Shown here: piece after piece, positions 27,247 through 40,888 of the stretch | Layout of the letters: each line of letters opens with the position of its first letter | Numbering within the stretch: the stretch's first letter is position 1 | Assembly (NCBI RefSeq): GCF_006345805.1 | Contig: NC_042999.1 | Coordinates: forward strand, 38,998,001 to 39,062,000 | Length of the DNA stretch: 64,000 bases | From: Octopus sinensis | Taxonomy: Eukaryota | Direction of reading: 5' to 3' | Translations under genes and position numbers: made by a program | Notes under the pieces: generated by a model | What the model saw: the letters and a program-made list of their open reading frames with translations, nothing else | What the model was told of the DNA's origin: nothing | Database searches by the model: none

Positions 27247-27455
27247 TAAGTTGGCGAGCTGACGATCGTTAGCGCACCGAATAATATTCCTAGCACTATT
27301 TCGTCCGTCTTTACGATCTGATATTAAATCTCACACGGGTTGACTTTGCCTTTCATTCTTTCAGCGTTGATGAAATAAGTACCATTTGAACACTAGGGTC
27401 GATGTAATCGACTTACCTTCTCCTCTGAGACTTGTGCCAAAATTCGAAACCAATA
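27247..27455 (+). mobile_element. Degenerate SINE, family of 6753 and 42098
   Basis: ggcgagctg...gttagc...gggtcgatgtaatcgac. Confidence 0.75.
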
Positions 27456-29457
27456 TTATGCAATTGAATAATCCTTAGTTTTTCACGGAATCATATTCCG
27501 ACGTCCCCGGGACTTTGAAATTTAATTCCACTTGGTATGATTTGAGCTCCAAATGAAAATATTTCTAACCTTATCTCACAGTAATGTCAGATATCGTATC
27601 TCAGTTTAAAAGATCCTCCATGCTCTTTGCTTTGAAAATGCTGCGATGTTCACGTCCTTTCTCCTCTGAGAATATGAAGGTCACTTGTCGATAGTGTAGT
27701 ATCTGCATTTCTTTAAATTTTAAAGAAATATTCGTCACAAGAGTAATAAAACAACGTTCACATTCAGATTGTGTGGGTTTCATTCACCATTTTGCTGCAG
27801 ACGTACAAAGACAGAACAACTAAATATCATCAGGAATTCTCTTAGACGCTCTTCAGTTATCGATCGTTCTCATATTAATACGTAATATTGGTGAAAGAGA
27901 ATTAATGAGGTATTTTATATACATTTGTACTATTTTGATGTTTGAGGAAAATATAGATTTATATGAATAATCCTGCATAAAGCAAAGCGATTGGGAAGAT
28001 TTTCTTTTAACTATATCGAACTTTGTTTAGTATTTTTTAAATTATATCCTTCGTTCATAATTCTATTTTAGCAACTCTGTTGTTTTCTTTAAAATTTCAC
28101 TCTAACTCAAAGATATTATCATTAATCACACGCTCCATTAATTATTGGTGCACACTATTGTATAAGCTGTTCATTAATTTATCGCTGAAGACATCATCTG
28201 ACGCTTAGTTTCAAAAGATCACATAAACCCCGAAAATAAAAACATAAATTAAAAAAAACAACAAAAAAAATAAATATAATATAAAATGAAAAAGTACGAA
28301 GAAAATAAAAAAACTTTAAAAATATAAAAATGAGTTTGGAATTTATTTCAGGCACTTCTGAGATTGGAAAATATATTTTTTTAATTGTATGATTTAGTAT
28401 TTTAATGTATTTCGTATGGTAGTGTTTATTTTTCCCTTTTGTGATCATTGGTTTGTTTTAACACGATTTTTTGGTTTTCCCTGTATTGTATTTTATGTTA
28501 TAATCTCCTGAGAAATCTATGACAAAGGACATCTGTTTTACTGATTGTATTCGGTTATCACTGATTCAATCGATTAAAAATTAATGTCTCAGAAAGAGAA
28601 TTTTACGACAAAATATCCATCTCTAGAAAACAAGTAAAGTATTTTTATGTATAAGAAATAAAATAGACTCATTAGACAAATAAAAGCAAGAATAGCACCC
28701 GTAAAATAAAGTGAAAAACATAAACGAGAAATAAGAGCAGAAATACTCAACAAGAAAGTTACACGTACGCAGACATACACACATGCACGCACGCATACAG
28801 ACAGGAAGAAAAAGCAAGCAAATATGTCAACAGAAAAGAATTATAGCCAAAGACGGTAATAAGAAAACAACATTCGTCCTATCTAAAATAAAACTCCTGA
28901 ATTATAAAATCAATTCTCTGGAATTAAATACCGAACAAAAGCGGAACGTCATTCACGGAAAATGTAAAAATTAAAAAGAAAAAAAAACAGAAAAAGAAAG
29001 AAAACGGAAATAATATAGAGCTGCGGAAAATATTTTCTGAAATCTTGAATTTATCAGTAGATTAGCGACATTCAAAATACACAACGTTATTATTGAACTG
29101 AATATCATGAGGTCAAAATAATTTATAGCAAATAATGTGGTTAAGATAACGGAAGCACAAGGGTACACGTTGTTTTGACTTAAGCATTCACATGGAACTA
29201 TTCCTGGGACATATACCCGTGATAGAGAGGTACTGGGTGTGTTATTTAAAAAAAAAAGCATGACCATTCAATGAGGAGGAAAATGGCAACTGCCTGTTCA
29301 TTCCAATGATTGCACACAAAGAGGTGAAGGTATGATAGAATTGTGAGTGCTTTCGGTGCTTCATCGAATAAACAATGAAATTATGCAAGTGACAAAGAAG
29401 AGTCACTCAAAAATACTCCAACGCTAATTATTATTATTGTTCTTTTCTTTTCTTTTA

Positions 29458-29676
29458 CGACCAGACCATCAGATGTTGCTACACATCGATAGTCATAACG
29501 CGCTTCGCATTGTTTAGGCCTTCAATGAGTACAGCACGGATGACCACCCCTGCCGGAGCATCGTGGAGATTTAGGTGTTTTCGCTCAATAAACACTCACG
29601 ACGCCTGATCTGGGAATCGAATCCGTGATCCTACGACCGCAAGTCCGCTGGCCTAACCACTGGGCTATTACGCCAC

Positions 29677-29677
<1 letters not shown>
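29458..29677 (-). mobile_element. tRNA-headed SINE (fourth family)
   Basis: Reverse complement begins ggtggcgtaatagcccagtggttagg...gattcgattccc; its tail matches 41264-41372. Confidence 0.8.
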
Positions 29678-29734
<57 letters not shown>

Positions 29735-30272
29735 GAGTGAGAAAGCAGTGCATGCCTCAAAGTAACACTGGGGTAAAATATATGAAGCTCAGTATACCCA
29801 TCATGACTACGCGTCTGATAAGGTTACACCAGGTACATGCATCACAACCATATGTGCGCGACATGGTCATCTCCTATCAAGATAAACAGCACATGACCTT
29901 GCAGGTGGGGCCCTCTTACAATTTTCTTCAGGTCGAGTAACCCATCCCGCTCAACCTTGAATAAAGGTTGTTTAAGGATGTTAAACGAAACACCCATGTT
30001 TCCAGAGGTGAATTATTCAAACCTCAAAGAATCCCTCTCAACACATGGTTATGATGCTCCCCCACTACTTCTGCTCGTGTTCAGAGATGCACATATCGTC
30101 AGCCCCTAAGGGACATGGTCAACAAATTAAGATCAAACAACTGACAAGCAAATCTGTGGTATTGAGCAGAATATTTGCTGTAACACATATTTTATACCAA
30201 GACAAACAATGTACATGATAAAACATCCAATCAGTTAAGATCAGAAGCTACTGCCTGGTACTCTATCAGGGC

Positions 30273-30275
<3 letters not shown>
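29735..30275 (-). mobile_element. About 540-bp non-coding interspersed element bounded on both sides by (TAA)n
   Basis: Sharp ends inside ATT arrays; no convincing ORF; recognised from memory as an abundant octopus repeat (unverified). Strand assumed from neighbours. Confidence 0.65.
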
Positions 30276-30323
<48 letters not shown>

Positions 30324-30326
<3 letters not shown>

Positions 30327-30960
30327 TTTTTTTCTTCTTTCAAATTTTCTTCCATTTCTTGCCGAGTGTCTTCCCGACTCCTAGGGCAAAGAAACTCATA
30401 GTGTATATTGGTAGGCCATTAAACCAAACTCAGTAGTTCGTTCATTTTTTTATTTTTATTTTTATTTTTTTTAAAGTTAAATTAAAATGCATGAGCAGCA
30501 ACAGTTCTCACATCGACAATGCTCTTCTCAATACGTGTGATGTACCAGTTAAGACAATCTTTTGCACTTCTTGCAGGGATGGTAAGCCAGGGATCATTCT
30601 CATATAATTTTCGGTTCCCTTCTTGATCATTCCTAGTGCTCCTACGATCACTGGTATTGTAACCGCCTTGAGATGCCACATTTTCTCAATTTCAATGAGT
30701 AGGTCTTTATATTTTCTGAGCTTGTCAAACTCTTTCGCTGAGATATTATGATCACAGGGGATGCTCATGTCGATCAATAAGCAAACTTTATTGTTTTGGT
30801 CTTTCACAACAATATCTGGTTTATTGGCCTTGATGGTTCGGTCTGTATGTACTGGAAAGTCCCACAGAATGGTTACATTTTCTCCTTCAGTTACAGCCTC
30901 AGGGTGGTGATTATACCACTTGTCGGCAGTTTTGATATTGTAATGCCGACATATTAGCCA
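30324..30960 (-). mobile_element. 5'-truncated REL-endonuclease LINE (R4/Dong-like), subfamily C
   Basis: ILWDFPVHTDRTIKANKPDIVVKD...IDMSIP...DKLRKY...LTGTSHVLRRALSM*; ATT arrays on both sides. Confidence 0.92.
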
Positions 30961-30989
30961 TAATTGTTATTATTATTATTGTTATTATA

Positions 30990-31033
<44 letters not shown>

Positions 31034-31296
31034 GTTGTTGTTGTTGTTGTTATATATATTACATTTTGGGCTGTTGTGTTGCAGATTAGTGGCGCCAAAA
31101 AGTACCCCTTTGCGTTGAACAACTATTTCAGTTTTTTTGGGGTTTTTTGAGCGAATCTTCTTTGTCACTTGCATAATTTCATTGTTTCTTCAAAGGTGCA
31201 CTGAAAGCACTTAAAACCTCTGAACACCTATCATACCTTGAACTCTTTGTGTGCCAGCATTGGAATGAACTCGCAGTTGGCTTTTCTCCTCGCTGA

Positions 31297-31440
31297 TAAT
31301 AATAACAATAATAATAACACCACCAACACCAACACCATCACCACCACCATCATCAACAATAATAACAACAACAATAACAATAATTATAATGATGATGAGG
31401 ATGATAATGATGGTGATGATGATCATGATGATTTTTAAGA
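31297..31440. repeat. Compound AAT/ACC/AAC/GAT trinucleotide array
   Basis: Direct reading. Confidence 0.9.
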
Positions 31441-31732
31441 TATTTCTGCATGAAGACGAATATACTAACTAAATTGATGATATTGGCAGAGACGCGTAAT
31501 ATGATTTTGAGGAACGTTCGATGCTAACAAGGGACAAACTGATTGGCGCATCTTGCTTTAACTAATTTCGTTTGCAGCAGTTTGAAGATCTCAGTAAACA
31601 TACAATAACATTTGAAATAAAAAAAGCGTATATGCTATATACAGAACAGCATTAGATAAATTTGCGGTTGCACAAACAGATTTATAATTTATGCGAAACT
31701 ACTTATCATCATCATCATCATTATTATTATTA

Positions 31733-31765
<33 letters not shown>

Positions 31766-34054
31766 GTTGTTGTTGTTATATATATTACATTATGCGAAAC
31801 ACTGTATTCACTTCTGTATTGTTATATAGTAAAGAGAGAGATGTGACGGAAAAAATTAGAACGAGAGAGTAGGATTGAGGTATACACTTTCTTTTACGGG
31901 TGTAAAAACTGTCGTGCATTCACATTATAGTTAGCTGAGCATCAATAACAACGAGTATGTTGTTGACGTTCTCCCAACCTAAGTTTTAACTACGTTTTAA
32001 ATTGATCAGTTAAAGAAAAGGAACATAAATACATGCATGTCCGTGCACGCACACTCACGCACACCCATATAATATATACGTAAGTGGTGCGTGTAGCTTG
32101 TGATCGTTTGTTCCCTTGTGTTGTTGAACTTTTCTTTACTGGGTGAACTTTAATATTTATTGCTGGATCTATTTAAAATATGGCTATTTAAAATGAACGA
32201 TATTAAAAAATGCATTAGCCGACGGGCATATTGTGTTAGACATTCACAATGAAAAATAACAATGATATAGTTGCTGACAGGGAGAATAGAAACTCGCCCT
32301 GTCCTTAGAAATTCAGCAATGGGACATCGTGTGAATGTTAAGAGTCGGTGTGTCCGAGAACCTGAAATCGGCGAAGTTCGAAGCTGTTTACTCCGATACT
32401 CGAGTTGAGACGTGTGAATCAGTTGAACATCTCAACATTCTGTGATGAGTTAGGCGCCAGACGCGTTTTATCATGTGAAAAGAGATAAAATTTCAGAACA
32501 CCCGAGAAGCCATTTCATGCTATTGTTTCACGCTGATTGATTTATAGATCAATCACTTGAATCATTGAGGAATCACTCGTGATGGTTAATTGAGTATCTA
32601 GCAGTTAGGTTTCGAACCACCACGCACATGTCTATGTATATCTACGCAAATGAATAACTATTTGTGTAAATGCACATATGCAGAATGTTAGAAATAGTGA
32701 GTAAATCAAAAAGGATATTGTAAGGAATCCACTTGTTATAAATAACGATATTTCACATCTAACATACTACCTTCAAGTTTTGGTCTTCCGTTTCTGAACA
32801 GTGAACGGAAGGCTTTTTGAATAGAAACCTATGAATATTTCTCACACAATCATTTCATTTGTAGATTCTTAGCGATATTAACTTATCAATTCTTCTTTTC
32901 TGCTGAAGTGAATTCAACCCGATTTCATTAATCTATCACAAAAGGCTTCAGCTTTTAATTGAAGTTACGTACTTCATATTCGCAAATATTATATTCAAAC
33001 CGGTTCTCTTGCACTTAGTCATCCACTATTGAATGTGATCTTACACCTGCTCTTTCTTTGTCTTTTTTATCTGATGTGACATTGTCACAGCGTATGACAA
33101 ACACAAAGTGAATTCGCTAATCTACAACTTCAACAGCCTGTTTCGGCCCGTTAACAGCTATGAAGTATTTTAACCAAGAAGCAGGATATTTTCTCATTAG
33201 GAACATGTATGCAGATCAGCTGGTGACAGCGACATATCTAAAACGACAACTTCTTTCACAGAGCTATCGATAAGGATTGTGTAAAGTAGCTCACTCGTTG
33301 CTTTTGGTGTAACGTTGGGGCAACATTGTTATTTTTTGCCTTTCCGTTACGGTTTAACATCACATCCCACCTTTTCTGCGTCTGTAGCCGATCATTCGCA
33401 CTTCACATTTGATTTGCAGGTTACATGGAGATTAAATGCATTTCTTGATGCAAGGATTCCCATTGTTTCCTTATGTCAGTCACTCTGGGAAGATACAGTC
33501 GCAGAGTCTTAATTCAGAGAAAGCCCACCTCCAAGTAGGACGAAGTGCTCGTCTCAACGCAGTACATCCCGATACTTTCCTATCATCTTTTGCAGGGCAC
33601 CACATCATGTTTAGTTACCACCTCTAGCAGCTATCTCCAAAACATGCTTACTTTTCTCCATCAGGGTTTCATATAGAGACCGAAGGAATGATTGGTGAAA
33701 CTCCTACTCCTTCACGTATAACCTTGCTTTTCTAGCGAGAAGTGTCTTAGAAATTTGACACAACTACAATATGGTTTTAAATTCGGAATCGTTTCTCTTT
33801 TTGATGTGCAAAAACGTCCTTTATCTACGGTCTCGCATATACGCAACTCACCATTTCAAAAGAACAAGCCCGCAGGGCATTTTCCTCTCTGAAACATATA
33901 TATATATATATTTCTATTCAATTCATACAAAAGCGTCTTTTCACGAAACTACGTTCTACATTCAAACTTGTCCCTAAAATATAAATGTCGACGACTGCTA
34001 CACAGCTCTTTCACCTGAATATCAGGATTTCATTTGGTTGTTACAAAATTCTTA

Positions 34055-34298
34055 TGAAAATATGTTAGACCATAACAAATAAGACAACAGTAACATCGAA
34101 GTGCTTATATTTACTTCTACAATCAACTTTTCTTTTAATACTGAATACACTCTAAACATTTTTACCACTAATAATGCAGATATGAATTGATCCTTTTATT
34201 CTTTCAATTTTATAATATCTCATTTGATTCAATGTATGGTTACATGGCTTATCTAAATATATTATAATGTGCATTTCAATCAAGAGAGCTGATGCCTA
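34055..34298 (+). repeat. About 244-bp direct repeat, copy 1
   Basis: Aligns by eye with 38561-38804. Confidence 0.85.
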
Positions 34299-34399
34299 TG
34301 GCATAACTGTATGGAAATCATGTGTCGGTAACGTTCTCCATTTATAGTAGATCCATTTCCGACGTCATTTTCAAAGAAAAAAATTCCAAGCACTTCATC

Positions 34400-34965
34400 T
34401 AATCAAAAACCACACCACGCAGTCGTATGCGTTTCAGTGTATGCGTTTCACACTCTTGCATTATTTCAGGATTTTCACTTCCCCAAATCCAGCAGTTCTG
34501 TTTATTGACAAATTCACTCATGTAGAATTGGGCTTCGTCAATGAAGAAGATTTTCTTTGCAAAATTTTCGTCAGATGCAAGTCTCTCCACAAACCAGTCA
34601 GCAAATTTTCTCCGCCTCTCGTGGTCAGGTGGCTGAATATACTCTGTAAGTTGAATGTTGTACAAATGCATATGAACTGGTCGAGATGCCCAACTGCTGC
34701 GAACGTCGGCAAATCGACTCACAGAAACGCTGTCTAGCACAAGAGCAATTTGTTGCTCTGTCCGACGAGAACGATTGTGCCCATGCGATCTGGCCGTTGC
34801 AACTGAACTAGTTATTTAAAACTTTGCCATTACTCTGCGAACCGTAGACATGTTAGGTGTTTCAAGGTACGAAACGAAGTGTTCGTGCAGTCTGCGTTGA
34901 ACTTGCCTCGTTTTCGTAAAATGTCTTCACGACGGGAACGCGTCTCTCGGTGTAAACTGCTTCAT
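34400..34965 (-). pseudogene. Tc1/mariner transposase remnant (N-terminal HTH through first catalytic Asp)
   Basis: MKQFTPR...; DHERRRKFADWFVERL...IFFIDEAQFYMSEFVNKQNCWIWGSENP; stops present. Confidence 0.88.
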
Positions 34966-35104
34966 GACACACTGCAAACTATTCTGAAAAACAAATAAAA
35001 AACTATTAGTAGGTGTGAAGAGAGATAGCAAATAAGATAAAAGCTTGCCTTCAAATTTCAATCAGCAAATGTTTCGCTGGCATTTCAAAAGTTTTGCGTG
35101 ACAG

Positions 35105-35465
35105 TTACCAACATATATCAGAAACAGTATCCTCATTTCCGACAAAAATTACCTGTACCGCCTATTGTAGCCTTTAGACGTAAGAGAAATATTAGAGAAA
35201 TTCTGACCAGTACGTCTAATAAAAACTCCGTTAGAGTTTCTGTGTGCTGCACCCGCCTCAAAACACACATAACAGAGTTAATCCCCCTTCGTTGTGCAAT
35301 AACATGAGTCAGACCATTTCCATCAAGAATTATAATAGAAACGTTATGATTTACACAGGAGGGACCAGTAAAGATTCCCATCTCGTATATACAGCGGAAT
35401 GCACCAGACACAATATGAATTATGTTGGCTGCACAAAAGATCGATTACAAAAAAAGATTTAACGG
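35105..35465 (+). pseudogene. Penelope-like element fragment: RT-to-endonuclease linker and GIY-YIG domain
   Basis: PPIVAFRRKRNIREIL followed by HLVYTAECTRHNMNYVGCTKDRLQKK. Confidence 0.8.
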
Positions 35466-38400
35466 ACATAGATACGACGTCAGTAACAATAACAGTGGTT
35501 GCACGGAACTTGCATTTAACTATAACAAGTACACAAAGGAACACTGCTTCTAATGTGTGCAATAACTCTCACGATGGACTCGGTAGCCTCATCTAACTTA
35601 CATGCAGCAGTAGCCTTAACTTTTGAGTACAGCTTTTAGACGTAACCTCACAAGACAACAATGATATGATGGCCACACTTATCAGCAAATTGTGAATGCT
35701 TCCCAAGCTGCAGAGTTTACTTTCTATCAGTAGTATCCCCGGAAACACTAAAAGGTCATCGATTTCCGAAAGTAGTCTATAGTAATCCGTCACCCAAAAG
35801 TCATGGAAACACCAGCCAGTTCATTCTGTGTTACTCCTGAATTTGTCGCTTTCTTTTTTCAGCCATTATATTCCTGAACATCTTGCACTGCTTGTAGACA
35901 ACAGTGAGTGCCTAACAACAATCTTGCTGTCATGAATCAATTCTTTGATTTTTGTTGTCGCATGACAGCATCGTCATCAAAGAGATACGCTACGAAAAAA
36001 AGTAGCGGTAAGTACACCTATTAACGTTCTAGGGAGATCTGCAATTGGTGTAACATGAGGGCCTTGTGTCTCTGGCAAAATAACAGTCTGGTAAAATGAT
36101 AGATAGAAAAAACCAGAAATGATACGGAAATTTACACCGTTGCCCAGCAGTTCAGGGAGAGCTTTCGCTCGCAAACATAAAATTGTGTAAATTTTGAGTT
36201 CCTGACCCAAGCAGATCCCGAACAATATAAATTTTTCGTCTGTTCCGTGTGTTCAGGTATTTTCAGTTCCACGTTCCGTGTTGGTATCCTAGAGACTTAC
36301 ACGAATTGTTCTTTACTCTTAAAAATCACCTGATCTTCTTTTACAATGGAACATACTTATTTGGTGATACAAATATTTCGGCGCCCCAGCTCGATGGTTC
36401 GTAAGTTGGCACAAAGAGGAGAGACGAGACAGAATATGTCCTATAGAGCGTGCAACTGAAAATGTTCCAGGAGGGAGCCGTTTATTTTGCCCATCAACCG
36501 GGTTTTTATAAGTTGCTCTCCAAGGTGATATCTTCCTGTTCACAACCAATAAAATTATTGCATTCATTTTAGTTGTGGCCACGAACAAAGATAAATGGAC
36601 TTAGTTTATGTGTACTCCAAAACGCACAGTCGCTGAATAAAACATCTCTCGCGTATTAGAAAATAGGAAAAATTTGCGCACCGATCTGGTGTCACTCTTA
36701 TACGATATATTACAGACTCTAGTAAGGCAATAATTTCGTACCTCTGTCGCACATTAGAAAAGACGGCATTTTTGACCTCACCAAAACAAGGTTTTAGAGA
36801 AATATATTGTGAGCTGCAATGAAAGCGGCATTAATGTTTTTACAATTTCTTTATTTCTGTGTGAAATGTATTACATGTCATACATCCGTTCTTTGTTGTG
36901 GATGTTGAGATCAGCTCCTTGGAAATAGAAAAATAAAATATTATCCAGAAATAAAGATGTATGTTATTTTCCTTCAGTCCCTGTACGTGGATACCGCAAA
37001 CGTTTGAAGTTTTCTGCACACTTGCGCTTCTTGCAAGTACTCTATTTTATGCAAATCCTTCGTTTTGAAGAGAGACTCATAGAAAGACGTCTATGTCGCT
37101 ACCATACAACAATGATGATTGCATCCACAATAACAATAATAACAATAATAGCAATAATTACAGCAGTGAATACACTGTGTTCACCTAGGGGCTAGTTTCA
37201 AAAACGGTGGAATAAGCAAAAAGCCAGTAATAAATAGTTATTATTTCAATTTGTTTTACAATGTAAGTTATATATTCATAAATTAAACTACACCAGGGTA
37301 AAATAAACTCAGCTAGGAAAAAAATGTGTTTCGATGTTTCGATATCTAATTCCGTTGTCAATGACAGCACATAATAGTTATCAATGACTTCATACAGTGC
37401 ACATTCGTTTACTATTTTCGGAATGCTAAAATCGTATTTTGAGTAAATTACGACGTCTTTAGGCGTCTAATATTAGGTATTGTAATTTAGAAATCTTATA
37501 TGTTTATTCATTCTTCACTTCCTTGCTTTAATTGACTATATTTTGAATGGAGCTGAACCTAATACCAATTCAAATTCACTTTCCTTGATATAAAAATATA
37601 TGAATTCCATAAATGAATAAATATATAATAACATAATGAATTGGAGTAAAAGAAAATAATGTAGAATTTATTCAATCAATATATTTTATTTCCTTTTTAA
37701 ACATTAGAGATAGTTTTTATTGAGAACTACGATATTGAATTTAAAACAAGCTTAATTTTCTTTTTTTCTCTCTCTAATATTTAATTGAAATATTATAATA
37801 CATCATCGCAACAATGTATTCTAATATCCATTGTTGTTATCTAAATTCAAAAATGTGCTATAAAAAAATATTCAATTCAGCAGATATAATAACGAACAAA
37901 ATAGTTCCTTTATTCTTTAGAAAAGCTATTATTTTGTGAGATTAACTCTGTGATTAAAGACAATATTCCGTTTTATGAGGAAATGCAAAATATGTACAAT
38001 GGCTTGCCATATTAGATATCTTATAAACAACTAATAAAAGTATATATACATATATATTAACTGTTCCTGCAAAGCGTTCAGGTACAATAACATTTGAATA
38101 TGATGCAGCTCTGTTTGAAGTACAAGCCTGTAAAATAATTTTTCTTCAGAAGAAGGGATTTTGCTACCGAAAATCTTTAGGTTAATATTCTTATCTAAGC
38201 CATAACTAATACAAAATTGAATTTTGTATATAATTAGACTTCAGATATTCACCCAATGGAAGAAAACGTGTTCTCATCTGTTATATATTTCCAAATGTTT
38301 ATCACGGTTAAACAGGTTTTAAATGATCAGGATACCATCAACTTTGGTGTCTGTGTGTTTGCATAGTAGGTTAAGGATTGCCGCTAAATCTTTGGCGTGA

Positions 38401-38560
38401 TGGTACCAGTTTTCCTCACTGCACACTCACTAGTTCCAATTTCTCTTTGTTGAACCTTCTTCTGTTGTTCATTGTATGTGCAACGTGATACAGCGAACCT
38501 ATTTTTTTTAAACTTTAAGATAGTATTTTAACGTAATTTATCGTTTTTATTTAACTTCGT

Positions 38561-38804
38561 TGAAAATATGTTAGACATAACAAATAAGACAACAGTAACT
38601 TCAAAGTGCTTATATTTACTGCTACAATCAACTTTTCTCTTAATACTGAATACACTCTAAACATTTTTTACCACTAATAATGCAGATATAAATTGATTCG
38701 TTTCTTCTTTCAATTTTATAATATCTCCTTTGATTCAATGTATGGTTACATGATATATTTAAATATATTATAATGTACATTTCAACCAAGAGAGCAGATG
38801 CCTA
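38561..38804 (+). repeat. About 244-bp direct repeat, copy 2
   Basis: Aligns by eye with 34055-34298. Confidence 0.85.
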
Positions 38805-39529
38805 ATGATAGTGTATAAACTGAATGATAACTAAATAATGCATATTTTAATATTTATTACTATGTCCAAATCACCTGTATATTAATGTATTCAACGCAAA
38901 GTTGTTCGAGATTGATAAATGTATATTAAAAGTACATGGTAAATGACTCCAATATCCATATCGGAAACAAACTTCTACAATAGACATATATGTTGATGAA
39001 ATTAATAGTATGAAAGACGATAATACCTTAATTTGTGAAAATTCTAAACTTGAGCAACAGTATAGAATTTCTCAGCAATAACTTGTGTGCCAGTAGCAGT
39101 CAAATTTGCTTACATACATGCACACACCCGCACACATGTTACACACACAAACACACAAACACACACAAACACACAAATACACGCACACAAGCATACATAT
39201 TCGTTTATAGCGATGGAAATTTGATTACTTCAAATTAGCAACATGAATATCACACTTAGAACAGATATGTGGTGAAATACTTCTACACTAAGCATACGCT
39301 TTATAACAGCATGTCTTATGTTTTTTAACAGAGAAATATAACAGCTGTTTGCAAAAACTGTGCAGTAGCAGCTGTAGGTTTTGTTAAATAGGAACTTCTG
39401 CTGTTCTGTTTCTTTGACATTCGCAATTGCAAGTATCCATTGGCACTGTATAATAAGCGCGAATCCACTGCTACAGTAAAAAATAAATATAAGCACGTTT
39501 GTGAGAGAATGTATAACTCACAGAAGGGT

Positions 39530-39761
39530 TTCTTATTTCTTTACTGCCCACAAGGGGCTAAACATAGAGGGGACAAACAAAGACAGGCAAAGGGATTAAG
39601 TCGATTACATCGACCACATTGCGTAACTGGTACTTAATTTATCGACCCCGAAAGGATGAAAGGCAAAGTCAATCTCGGCGGAATTTGAACTCAGAACTTA
39701 ACGGCAGAACGTAACCTCTAAGCATTTCGCCCGATGTGCTAACGTTTCTTGCCAGCTCGCC
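39530..39761 (-). mobile_element. SINE, family of 42098
   Basis: Reverse complement of the 42098-42330 sequence. Confidence 0.88.
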
Positions 39762-40831
39762 ACTCTAAACCTCACAGAAGTGTTTCTATTGACGGTCTTG
39801 TTGTTGTCTTCCAGTTTAAATCGTTTTTTAAAGAAAAAAGTTTCAGCTTCATCCATTTGTCCTAGCTTATTTATAATACAATACGTCTGATTATTCTGAT
39901 TATTTATATTCTCTGATATTGTATGGTTCTCTTCTGCAATTCTTTTAATCAATAAAATACATGTTTCAAATTATATTGGATTCTACATGCTGTTTTTGAT
40001 TGTTGCCAATATTAATAATAATCTGTGGAATTCGTAAAAATCAAAAATTCACTTTTTAAAATTCAGCATTTTTAATCAGATTCACGTGTTCTTCCTAAAC
40101 AGCATGAAATCTTGGTGTAGCGAATTTCAAGGCTAGTTAAGTAGAAATTTCCTTTCAAATATTAATTTTGGTTATCTGATCTATCTTTGTTAACTAGGTA
40201 GAAAGCATTCTTATTCCTGAAATAAAAAAAAGCAGTCTTTTTCCTATATAAGAAAGCAGTCTTATTCCTGAAATAAAAGAATTCGAGTATCTGATTATTG
40301 TATCAGATATGGTGTACGGCACCGTGTCATTTTCTTCTAATTTGACGTTACGAAGTATTTCTTCTCCATATGCTGTGCTAAAAATTAAGTTACGACTTCA
40401 TTTCCAGGATAAATAAATGTATTGGAGAATTTTTATTTCGAAAACAGCATCAGGAATTATACCAATTCTTAGAGCTCTATATAAATATATGTATATATAC
40501 ATTGTCATTTCATTATGATTACGAATACGTCTACGGAAGGTTTGCTTCTTAGCATAGTGTATTCTCTACATGAACACGTGGCAAAATTATGTAATATATG
40601 ATATTAAGATAATATAGTTAAACTAAATCGTTTGGATACACTGGGGATTATTCAACTGATTATAATGACGAAAGAAACCCGGAAGACAAACTGTTTATTC
40701 CTTAATTGGAATTTGGATTACATGAATTTAAATCGTATACTAAGCACTGATTAAACAATATGAAATAGCAACATCTCAATACAGACATATACATATATAG
40801 GAAATACCAACTGCTAAATATATGTATATAT

Positions 40832-40888
<57 letters not shown>

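Noticed and set aside
27601-27800. 60-aa minus ORF with CxxC behind a strong acceptor
   Set aside because: All frames stop soon after the acceptor; no homology recognised
22841-29677. tRNA-like sequences at 23110-23180 and 29600-29677
   Set aside because: They are SINE heads fused to SINE bodies, without a complete cloverleaf or acceptor stem; not tRNA genes
36975-37195. Plus-strand acceptor followed by a ~70-codon open frame
   Set aside because: Partly AAT-derived low complexity; no motif, and no partner exons found on the plus strand
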